From NCBI GenBank assembly GCA_046155625.1, contig JBJXFS010000112.1, positions 46,841 to 110,840 on the forward strand: DNA of 64,000 nucleotides. The letters run 5' to 3'. The notes under the pieces are model-generated. The model was not told where the DNA came from. It did not search any database and was given only the letters and a program-made list of their open reading frames with translations. Made by a program: the position numbers and the translations under genes. Source of the DNA: Verrucomicrobiales bacterium. GTDB lineage: Bacteria; Verrucomicrobiota; Verrucomicrobiia; Verrucomicrobiales; V1-33. Below, in pieces: positions 21,599-33,600 of the stretch (position 1 is its first letter; each line of letters begins with the position of its first letter).

Positions 21599-21696
21599 TT
21601 GAAAGTTTAATGTCAGAATGAACAATTTTTTCTCTCAATTCGATTGGCAGCGGTGGAGCGATGGAGTAGAAGGGTGCTGCGTCGAGGATCCGGCGC
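21599..21696 (+). promoter_or_regulatory. A/T-rich island and Shine-Dalgarno-like GAGGA upstream of paralog B
   Basis: The only strongly A/T-rich intergenic stretch I noticed: ttgaaagtttaatgtcagaatgaacaattttttctctcaattcgatt, with a TTGAAA -35-like hexamer at 21599-21604. GAGGA at 21684-21688 lies 8 nt before GTG 21697. I could not assign a convincing -10 hexamer. Confidence 0.3.
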
Positions 21697-24600
21697 GTGA
21701 TTCGGATGATTATTTCCCCCAGCGAGAGCTTGGAGGACCGGCAGGATTCGCTATGGCGAATGCCGGAACGGGAAGCGTTGTTGGGGCCGCGGCGTGAGCG
21801 GTCGGGGCGGCGGCGGTGGAATCAGCCGTATGAATTTGAGGCGTTGGAGCCGCGGATTTTGTTGTCGGCGGCGGCGGCGGCGGTGCCCTTTGTGGAGGCG
21901 GCGGCGGGCAAGGATGCGACGCGGATCGAGCAGCCGGAGGCCGTGAAGGAGGCGGCGGGCGAGGGGGGGCAAGGCGGGTCGGAACGGGTCGATGGCCGGG
22001 GGCAGGGGAACGACTCCGCCGGGTCGGTTGACGAGCATCCGCGGTCGTCGTTGGGGAGTCTGTTTGACGTGCCGGAGGACGCGCATTTTGCGTCGGCGGC
22101 GGGGGCGGATGGGGTGATTCCTGTGGCGGATGTCGTGGCGCTGGGGGCGGGGCCCGGGGTGTTGGAAGCGGCTTCGTCGAGCGACATTTTGGCCGACAAG
22201 GGGACGGATCGTGAGGACGACGACGCGTCGAAGGCTGGACTCTTGGTCGCCGCGAACGAGCTGCCGATCGACGCGGGTGGACCGGTCATCGTCGGACCCG
22301 CGTCCGATCGAACGGACGAGTCCGAGGACGAGGGAGTGGTGGAAGTGGGCGGCTTGATCGCGGCGGATACAGCGTGGTCGGGGACGATCCACGTGACGGA
22401 GGATGTGACGGTGCAGCCAGGGGTCACGCTGACGCTGGCGCCGGGCACGGTGGTGAAATTTGGGCAAGGTCGGTACCTTCTCGCGCGCGGGTCGCTGATG
22501 GCGGATGGGGACCTCGCGAGCCCGATCTACTTTACATCTGTCAATGACGATTCAGTGGGCGTGGATGTCTCTGGCGAGGGGATTTCCACGCCTTTGCGCG
22601 GTGAGTGGAATGGCCTGTATTTTGACGGTGGATCGGACGCCTCGGTGCTGGATGAGGTGGTGGTCCGATACGGTGGAAGCGACGGGAATTGGGCGACGGT
22701 AAATGTGCGCGGGAGCAGCCCAAGGATTGAGGACGCGACGATCACACAGGTCGCGGGTCGGGGGGTGCGGATAACGGCCGGAGCGCCGACTTTGACGCGG
22801 GTGGCGGTGACGAATGCGGGGGGTGTGGCGTTTGATGCGGCGTGGGGGACAGGTGGTCAATTTGACGCGCTCTCGGCGGCCAACACGGCGGGCAATCATT
22901 TCAGTTTGCCAGGCGGTGATGTGGCGGGCGGGGCGGTGGACAACCGCATTTGGAATTATGGCGGACTGCCCGTTCATGTGAACGGAAATGTACGTATTTT
23001 CAATAGTGCCTCATTGACGGTAGCCGCGGGCCAAATTGTCAAAATGAACGGGGCGGCGATCTCGGTTCTCAGCGCGAGCGGGGCGGGCCGGTTGATCGCG
23101 GAGGGTACGGCGGGTGCGCCGGTTATTTTCACATCAATGTCGGACGATTCGGCCGGGGGTGATTCGAATGGCGATGGGAACGCGACGGCGCCGGCGCGCG
23201 GCCAGTGGGGTGGCCTATTTATCGATGCCGGGAATGGCGGGCTGGCGAACATGGAGGTCCGGTACGCGGGCAGCGACGGCAATTGGGGAGGTGTCTCGCT
23301 GCAGGGCGGATCTCCTGCATTGACCCATGTGCTGGTTCGCGAGAGCGGTGCCTTCGGGGTGCGAATCACGGGGGGCACGCCGGTGCTCAACGGGATGCGG
23401 GTCGAGGGGGCAACCAATGTGGCATTTTTTTCCGACTGGAATGTGCGAGGCGATTATGAAGGGCTGTCCGCGGTGAACACGTTGGGCAACCGGTTTCAAC
23501 TGACGGGCGGCGACTTGGCGAGTGCGGACTGGACTTGGGACTTCGGGGGCATGTCGGCGCTGGGGGTGACGGGCAATGTGCGCGTGTACAACAGTGCCAC
23601 CTTGACGATTCCCGCGGGGCTAGTCATCAAGATGGCGGGCGGGTTGTTCCAAGCCCTGAATTCGAGCGGGGCGGGCACGCTGATTGTGCAAGGGACACTT
23701 GGAGCGCCGGTGATTTTCACTTCCACCGCCGATGACACCGTGGGTGGGGATACCAATTCGGACGGCAACGCGTCCGCCCCGGCACGCGGCAACTGGAATG
23801 GAATTTACCTGGATTCAAGCAGCAACACGAGCCGACTGGAAAACGTGGAGGTCCGCTACGCGGGGTCGGATGGGAGTTGGGGTGGCGTGAGCTTGCGCGG
23901 GGGGACTCCGACGCTGCGGAACGTAACGATCCGCGAGAGCGCCGCCTTCGGCGTCCGGATCACGGGCGGGGCGCCGGTGCTGGACAGGGTGACGGTCATG
24001 GGGGCCTCCAACGTGGCGTTTTTCTCGGATTGGAACATTCGTGGCCGGTATACAAATATAACCGCCACCGCGACGCCTGGGAACCGTTTTCAGATGACCG
24101 GGGGCGACCTGGCCAACGAAGACTGGGCATGGGATTTCGGGGGGCTCTCAACGCTGTGGATCACCGGCAATGTGCGCGTGTACAACAGTGCCACCTTGAC
24201 GATTCCCGCGGGGCTAGTCATTAAGATGGCGGGCGGGTTGTTCCAAGCTCTGAATTCGAGCGGGGCGGGCACGCTGATTGTGCAAGGGACCGTCGGAGCG
24301 CCGGTGATTTTCACTTCCACCGCCGATGACACCGTGGGTGGGGATACCAATTCGGACGGCAACGCGTCCGCCCCGGCACGCGGCCACTGGAATGGAATTT
24401 ACCTGGATTCAAGCAGCAGCACGAGCCGACTGGAAAACGTGGAGGTGCGGTATGCCGGATCGGATGGCAATTGGGGAGCCGTGACGCTTCGCGGGGGCAC
24501 GCCGATCGTAAGAAATGTCTCTATCCGCGAGAGCGCCGCCTTCGGTGTCCGGATCACGGGCGGCGCGCCGATTTTGGACGGGATGACGGTCGTGGGCGCG

Positions 24601-27600
24601 TCCAACGTGGCGTTTTTCTCCGATTGGAACATCCGTGGCCGGTATGCCAACCTGACCGCGACCAACACGCCGGGGAACCGGTTTCAGATGAGCGGGGGCG
24701 ACCTGGCCAACGAAGACTGGGAATGGGACTTCGGTGGTCTGTCAACGCTGTGGATCACGGGCAATGTGCGCGTGTACAACAGTGCGACTCTGACGATTCC
24801 CGCGGGTCTGGTCATCAAGATGGCGGGCGGGTTGTTCCAAGCCCTGAATTCGAGCGGCGCTGGCACATTGATCGTGCGGGGGACACTTGGAGCGCCGGTG
24901 ATTTTCACGTCGACGGCGGATGACAGCGTGGGCGGGGATTCGAACTCGGATGGGGCGGCCACCACCCCGGCGCGGGGCGATTGGAACGGGGTGTATCTGG
25001 ATTCGGCCAGCGCTCGATCCCGCCTGGAGCATGTGGAGGTGCGCTACGCGGGGTCGGACGGCAACTGGGGGGGGGTGACAGTGCGGGGCGGGGCGCCGAC
25101 CTTGCTGAATGTGACGGTGCGGGATAGCAAGGCGTATGGCGTCCGCATTGCGGATGGCGCGCCGGTGCTGGAAAATGTGCGGGTCGATGGATCGGATAAT
25201 TCGGCGTTCCATTCCGATTGGAACGTGCGCGGCACGTACACCAACCTGAGCGCGGTGAACACGGCGGGAGGAAGCCGGTTCACGCTGACCGGGGGCGACC
25301 TAAGCAACAGCGACTGGACCTGGAGTTTCGGAGGGTTGCCGGTCATCGTCCTCGGCAATGTCCGCGTCTACAGCAGCACCACCCTCACCCTGAGCCCTGG
25401 GCTGGTGGTGAAAATGGCGGGGGGCTCCATCCAGACGATCAATTCCAGCGGTTCGGGGCACTTGGTGGCGGCCGGCACGGCCGAGGCGCCCATCATCATC
25501 ACCTCGGTCGCGGATGACACGGCGGGAGGCGACGCGAATGGCGATGGAATCGCCACCGCGCCGGGCCGGGGAAATTGGAACAGTCTTTACCTGGACTCGA
25601 ACAGCGAAATCACCCGCCTGGAGCACGTGGAAGTGCGGTATGCGGGATTAGACGGAAACTGGGGTGGGGTCTCGCTCCGCGGCGGGGCGCCCATGCTGAA
25701 GAATGTCACGGTGCGGGAAAGCGGCGCCTTCGGCGTGCGGATCACGGGGGGCGCGCCGGTCCTGGAGAACGTGCGGGTCGACGGGTCGAGCAATTCGGCG
25801 TTCCATTCCGATTGGAACGTGCGCGGTGCGTACACGAACCTCATCGCGGTGAATGCAGCGGGTGGCAGCCGGTTTACCCTAGACGGCGGCGACCTGAGCA
25901 ATGCCGATTGGACATGGCGGTTCGGCGGGCTGCCGCTCGTGCTTTTAGGCAACGTTCGGGTCTACAACAGCCAGACGCTGACCCTGCCGGCCGGCTTGGT
26001 CGTGAAAATCGCGGGCGGTTCGATCCAGACGATCAATTCGAGTGGTGCGGGGCGGCTCGTGACCACGGGCACCGCAGAAGCCCCGGTGATCATCACATCC
26101 GTGGCCGATGACACGGCGGGGGGCGATGCGAACGGCGATGGAGCGGCCTCCGCACCGGCCCGGGGCCAATGGAACGGCTTGTACCTCGACAGCGGCGCCA
26201 CCCATGAGTTTGCCTTTACCGACGTCCGGTACGGCGGCAGCGATGCGAATTGGGGGGCCGTGAACCTGCGCGGGTCGAGTCTGACCGCCAGTGGCCTGAC
26301 CATTCGCGAAAGCGCGGCGGACGGACTGCGCCTTGCTTCTGGAGGCACGGCGCAAGTCAATGGCGGCCTGCTGATCAACAATGCCTCGGCCGGGGTGCGG
26401 GTAGATGGGGGTGGGTTCACTGGCAATCGGCTCGGCATCTTCGGGTCGCCGACGGGCGTGCACATCAATGCGGGCTCGAGTGCCTCGGTCAGCGGGTCGG
26501 CGTTTGAAGGGAATAGCACGGCCGTCGTGCATCAGGGAAACAATGCGGCCAACGCCAACTTTAACGACAACTGGTGGGGTGATGCGGGCGGGCCGAATGA
26601 CGCCTCGAATGCCGACGGCGTGGTCAACCCCAATGCGGCGGGCCAGCCAGTCAGTGACTTCGTCCAATACCTGCCGTATGCCACGGTGCGCCCGGCGCTG
26701 CCGATTGGGCCGCTGGTGGTCAGCGTGAGCCCGGCTACGGCGGGAGCGGGCGGGGCGGGGGAAGTGCTGATTATTTTCTCCGAACCAGTCGAGCCCGCGA
26801 CTTTCACGGCGGAGGACATTTCGGTGACCGGCCCGCAGGGCGTGGCCGTCGCCAACATCGTGCTCGTTGCCGCCGCCACGTATCGCGCGACATTTTCCAC
26901 CGCCCTGACCGCGCCGGGCGAATACACGGTGCGGGTGGGGCCGGACGTGAAAGCGTTGGCGAGCGGGTTCCGCCTGGACCAGAACCGGAATGGGGTGGGG
27001 GCGGAGCCGGTGGCGGATGTTTTCACGCATTTGATGCGCATCGACACGGCGGCGCCGGTCGTCAGTGGCCACACGCCAACCGGCACGCAGACGGCGGCGG
27101 TGGGGGAAGTGGTCATTACCTTTAATGAGGCGATTGGCGAGCGCACCTTTGGTCCGGAGGACGCGGCCCTGACGGACCCCGGCGGGACGGCCATCCCGGT
27201 GCTGGCGGTCAACCGGATCAACGAGACGCAGTTCCGGGTGATTTTCCCGGTTCAGTTTCTCAATGGGACTTACAGCTTGAACGTGGGGCCCACGATTGCG
27301 GACTTGGCGGGCAACGCGATGACGGCGGCGTATGTGGGCAGTTTTGTGATCGACCGTCAGCCGCTGCGGGTGGTGACACAGAACCCCAGCGAGCTGGTGA
27401 CCAGCACGACCAGCAGTGTGACCGTGACCTTTTCGGCGCCGCTCAATCCAGGCAGCTTTACGGCGGCGGATGTGGCGTTGACCGGGCCGCGCGGGCTGGT
27501 GGCGATCACGGGGATCACGGCGGTCAATGCGACGACGTATGCGCTCTCCTTCGCGCCACAGAGCATTGAAGGACGGTATGAACTGCTGATTGGCCCTGAC

Positions 27601-30600
27601 CTGACGGATCTGGCGGGGATTTTGCTGGACCAGGACGGGGACGGAGTGGCGGGGGAAACGCAGGACCGGTATGCGGGAGAATTTGTGATCGACGGGGCGG
27701 GGCCGTATGTGTTGCGGCAATCGGCGAGCGGGTTGGAACCACGCGGACTTTCCCAGATTGACGTGGTCTTTTCCGAAACGCTGTTGGCAGGATCGGTGCA
27801 GGTCAGTGACTTTACGCTCACGGGTCCGTCTGGGCCGATCCCCGTGACCTCGCTGAGCGCGGTGGCGGCAGACACGTTCCGAATCACGTTCGCGCCGCTG
27901 CCGGCCGATGGGCTGTACACGCTCAGCGTGGGCCCGGATCTGACGGACTTGGGAGGGACGCGGATGGACCAAAACCAGAATGGGACGGAGGGCGAAGTGC
28001 CGGGGGATGTGTGGAATGGGAGCTTCACTATCGATGCGGCGCCGCCGCGGGTGGTGTCGACCAGTTTGAGCAATCCGATGACGGCGCCGTTTGTTCGGTT
28101 CACGGTGAGTTTCAGCAAGGAGATTGATTCGGCGAGCTTCACGGCGGAGGACGTCGTGTACAGCGGTCCGGCGCGGCCGAGCATTCCGGTGAGCGTGAAT
28201 CGACTGAATGCGACGACGTTTGAAATTGTTTCGGGCAACATCGGGGCCGCCATTGGCGATTACACGGTGGTGATCGGTCCGGATGTGCGGGATCTGGCCG
28301 GCAATGCCCTGGACCAGAATGGCAATGGGACGGCGGGCGAGGTGGAGGACGTTTTTACGCAGACCGTCACGTTGACCCTGCCGGACTTAGTGGCTTCGGA
28401 AGTGAGCGCGCTGGACACGGCGGTGGCTGGGCAGGCGATAAGCGTGAGCTGGCAGGTCACCAATTCCGGCAACCGGGCGGCCGAGTCGCCGTGGAATGAA
28501 GTGGTGATCCTGTCGGCCACTGGCGCGCCGACGGGTCCGTCCAGTCAAGTAATCGTGGTGGGCACGCTGACGACGACCTCACCTTTGGCCATTGGCGAAT
28601 CCGTTGTGCGCACCTTGGATCTCACGCTGCCGGTGACATTGAGCGGCAACCTGACGCTCTTTGTCGTGTTGGATCAAAGCCAGGCGCTCCCCGAGCCCGA
28701 TGACGCCAATAACATCGCCTCGCGGGCGATCGTGGTGTCGGGCGAGGAGGTGAGGGCGGACTTGGTTGTTTCCTCGGTCAGTGGACCGACCACGGCGACC
28801 GGAGGGCAAAGAGTCTCGGTAACCTACACGGTCACCAACCAGGGGACAGGGGCGACATTGACGGGCGCGTGGGACGACCGATTGTATCTATCCAGCGACG
28901 AGACGTTGGGCGCAGGCGACATTCAATTGGGCGGACTTGCACGCAGTGGGATGCTGGCCGCGGGTGGAGTCTATACTGAAAACATGAGCGGCTCTCTGCC
29001 GCTGACCGCGGAGGGGACGTATTATTTGATCGTGTTCACCGATGCGGCCAACGAGACCCTGGAAATCGGCGCCGAGAATAACAATACACGGGCTTCTGGA
29101 GCGGTGACGGTGGTGGCGGCGCCGTCACCGGACTTGGTGGTGACGGCGGTGGTGCCGCCGGTGGGAGCGCTGGCCGGTCGCACGGCGATGGTGTCCTATA
29201 GCGTGCGCAATCAGGGGAGCGAATCGACAGGCAGCGGGTGGCTCGACCGGGTTTATTTGTCGTTGGATGCTTCTTTTGGAGCGGCAGATTTGATTCTGGC
29301 CACACGGACGCGACCGGCCTCGCTGGAGGCGGGCGTCACGTACACGGAAAATTTGGATGTGGTATTGCCGGTGGCATTCAGCGGTGAGTTTTACTTGATT
29401 GTGGTGACGGACGCGGCGGGGGAAGTGGCCGAGTGGCGAGGGGACGCGGAAACGAACAATGCGTTGGCATCCGCAGTGTTTACGGTCGCCCTGCCGCCCT
29501 CGGCCGATTTGCGTGTCGACGGTGTGGTGGCGCCGGCGCGGGTGATCGGGGATCCGGCCGATGCGCGGATCACTTGGACGGTGAGCAACCGTGGGAGTGC
29601 GGCGACGGCGGTCGACCGGTGGGTGGACCGGGTGATTATTTCGGTGGACGAATTGGTGGGAAATAATGATGACCGGGTGCTGGGCACGGTGGAGCATTTT
29701 GGGTTGCTGCCGGCGGGTGCGGGTTACACGGAATCGCTGGTGGTGCTCTTGCCCATCGCGACCAACGAGCGGTTTTACGTGTATGTGGAGACGGATGCGG
29801 GAGATGCGGTGAGCGAGGTGCCTAACACTGAATCGAATCAGGCGCGGGCGCCGGAGCGGCTGGAAGTGATGACCATTCCGTACGCGGACTTGGTGGTGAC
29901 GAGCGTGCAGCCGGTGTCGGCCACGGTGACGGCGGGCGGGAAGCTTGAGGTGACATGGAGTGTCAAAAACCAGGGCATTGGGGTGACGAGCGATCCGACG
30001 TGGATTGACCAGGTGTTTATTTCGCGGACACCGCAGGGCGCAGAGGCGATCGTGCTCTCCAACGAGTCGCACATCGGGAACCTGGCGGTGGACGGGGCGT
30101 ACACGCGCACGGCGAGCTTGAATGTGCCGCTGGGGATTGGGGGCGAGTATTATGTGTTTGTGCGCACGGGCATCAACGGGCCCTTTGAATTTGGACTGAC
30201 GGGCAATAACACGACGCGGGCGGAGCAGGTGATTGAGATCACCTTTGTACCGTTGCCGCAGGGGGATTTGGAGCCGACGGCGATTTCGGCGCCGACGGCG
30301 GCGGTGGATGGCGAGCGGGTGACGGTGACTTGGACGGTGCGCAACAACGGACCGGATGCGTACGAGAACGGGGTGGAGTGGAGCGACCGACTCGTATTGG
30401 TTGACCTGGGTGGGGGGCCGGAGCGGGTATTGGACAGCTTCCCGCGTTCGATTGGCCTGGGGGTAGGCAACACGTATACGCGTTCGGAATCGGTTCTGTT
30501 GCCGCAGGTGCAGGGGGTTTTCCGCATTGAAGTGCGCACGGATGTGGGGGCCGGGCTGGCGGAGGCGGTGGAAATGAACAATGCGCGAGCCAGCGAGCTC

Positions 30601-33600
30601 CTCACGATCTCGCTGCGGCCGCGCTCAGACCTGCGGGTGGTGGAGCTTTCCGCTCCCGAGGTTGTGACGGCGGGCACGGTGATTGATGTTATTTTCCGTG
30701 TGACCAATGGCGGCTCGGCGGCTACGCCCAGTGGCGGGTCGCGCTGGAGCGACCGCGTGTATTTGAATAACACACCCACGGTGGGCGGGCGGCTTTTGGG
30801 CACGCTGCAAAATGGATCGGCCTTGGAAGTCGGCCAAAGCTATCAGACGACAGACACCTTCACGCTGCCGCGGGCTTCGGGGGGCAATTTGTTTATCGTG
30901 GTGGTGGCCGACGCGCTCGGCCAGGTGGATGAATTTCCCCAGGAAGGGAATAACTTCCTGGCGCGGGCGATTGCGATCGATGTCACCCCGGTGCCGCCGC
31001 CGGACCTGGTGGTGACGGCGGTGGCGGCGCCCTCGGAGGCCTTTGACGGGAGTTCGATCACGGTGCGCTACTCGGTGGAAAACAAGGGGACGGGGCCGAC
31101 CGTACCCGGGTCGTGGAGCGACCAGATTTGGCTGACGCGGGCGAAGGACCGGCCCAATCCGTCGCGGGGCGACGTGTATCTGGGGGCGGCGGGGCACAAT
31201 GGGGCGTTGGAGGTGGGAGAGTTTTACGACGGGGTGGCCACGGTGCGGTTGCCGGTCAACCTGGCCGGGCAGTTTTTCATCACGGTGTGGGCGGACGGCG
31301 GCCAGGGCGTGTATGAAACGGCATTGAGCACGAACGTGAATCCGGACGCGCCCAATGACTTGGAGGGGAATAATTTCAAGGCGGTGCCGATGCAGGTATT
31401 TTTCACTCCGCCCTCGGACCTGGTGGTGACGCGCGTCGAGGCGCCGGCCACGGCGCGGGGGGCTGAGGAGGTGACCATTTCGTGGACGGTGGCCAACCAG
31501 GGGGCGGTGACGACCAATCGCGACCGGTGGGCGGATGCGATCTGGCTTTCCACCGACGATGACCTGCACGATGGGCTTGGCCAGCAGTGGCTGGTCTTTG
31601 CCGTGCCGCATGCGGGCACGCTGGCGCTCAATCAAAGTTACTCGGAAACGGCCACCTTCACGTTGCCGCCCTCGGCTTTCGGGAGCCACTTTATCGTGGA
31701 AACCAATGTGAACCCGGATCTGGCGGCGCCGCACGAGGATCTCTTTTTGGAGCAGATCAGGGGGATACTGCAGCGGGCCGAACAGGCGCTGGGTCGCCCC
31801 TTGGCGGAGTTTTCCGTGGCCAGCCTGCCGCGCCTGAGTGCGAGCCAGGTGCTGCAAATCCTGACGGGCGGGAGCAAACCCACGCTGGAACTGGTCTTTG
31901 AGGGGCCGTGGACCGATAACAACACGCGGGCGGCGGCCAGCACGGTGACAAACACCCCGGCTGACTTGGTGGTCAGTTCCGTGGTCACGGTGCCCACGGC
32001 CTTTTCGGGCGAGCGGGTGGAAGTCACCTACACGGTGACCAACGCCGGGGCGGCGGCCGTGTACGCGGGCACGGAGCGGTGGCGCGATTATCTCTTCCTT
32101 TCCCCGGATGCCACTTTCATCGGCTCGCGCGCCGGCCTGGTTGGCTCGGTGGTGCATCAAAATACGGGCGGCTTGGGGGTGGTAGCCAGTTACACCGAGA
32201 GCACGGCGATTTCGCTGCCGGCCGGAATCCAGGGCAGGTGGTACGTGCATGTGTTTACGGACATCAGGATTTTCCACGGGCAACCGGTTTTAAGCGGGCT
32301 CTCGCCGGGCAGCTACCCTGACTGGCCTCAAGCCTTCCGCGAGCGGGTGTGGGAGGGGACGGGCGACAAGACCAATAACTACGGGCAGACGTCGCTGTCG
32401 GTGACGTTAAGCGAGCCGGACCTGCGGGTGACCGCCCTGACAGTGCCGGCCACGGCGGCCTCGGGCAGCACGATTGCGGTGAGCTTCACGGCATCGAACA
32501 CGGGCACGCGCGCGACCCGGGTCGATCAGTGGCGCGACCGGGTTTATTTAAGTCTGGATGGCTCGCTGGATATTTATGACATTCTCTTGGGCACATTCGA
32601 GCGCGAGGGTGTGCTGGGGGCCGGGGAAAGCTACACGGTCACGGGCGATGTGCGCCTGCCCGATAACATCAGCGGGCCATTCACGCTGCTGGTGTACATC
32701 GATTCGCCCTTCAGTGTGGCGCCGGTTTATGGGCCGGTTTACCCGTTCCCGATCGCGGCGGGCAACCCGCGCCTCTCCCAGGGCGGGCACCCGATGGGGG
32801 CGGTGCACGAATTCCAGAATGAAGCCAATGACATCACGGCCCGGGCCATCGAGGTGACGCCGGCGCCGGCGCCCGACTTGCGCGTGACCAGCGTGAGTGC
32901 GCCGGCCCGGGTGCTCACCGGTGAAACCTTCACGGTCACTTACTCGGTGACCAACACGGGCCTGGGGGTCACCCCCGAACGCCAGAACACGTGGAGTGAT
33001 CAAGTGTGGCTTTCGCGCGACACATTCCTTGATGTGCGCAGCGACCACTATCTCGGTGAGGTAAAGATCGAACAAACCCTCCAGCCCAATGGCACGTACA
33101 CGGTGACGCGCACGTACCGGCTGCCGCGCGGGTTATTAGCGCCGTATTACGTGATCGTGCTGACCGACGCGCCCAATGGCTACGTGCCGATCGGGACGGT
33201 CAATGAAAGCTCCGAATCGAACAACGCGACCCCCAGCGCGGATCCGATGCTCATCGAACTGCCCCCGCCGAGCGACTTGCAGGTGACCCAGGTGGCGGCC
33301 ACTTCGAGCGGCCGGGTGGGATCGGCGGTCACGGTCAATTGGACGACAACCAATCGCGGGACGACGGCGGCCAGCGGGGTGTGGGCCGACGCGGTGTACT
33401 TATCGACGGACGCGACCTGGGATTACGGGGATTTGTTAATTGGGAGCGTGGATTTTGCCTCGCGCACTTTGGCGGGTGGGGCGAGTTACACGGGCAGCTT
33501 GACGGCACTGTTGCCGCCCACGCTGCCGGGCGACTACCGGGTGATCGTGCGCACGGATATTTTCGATGACATTTTTGAGGCGCAGAATAATGCCAATAAC

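Noticed and set aside
22663-26223. I considered whether the regular 594-nt periodicity could be a CRISPR array or satellite.
   Set aside because: The units are contiguous, in frame and translate to a coherent 198-aa protein repeat. There is no repeat-spacer structure.
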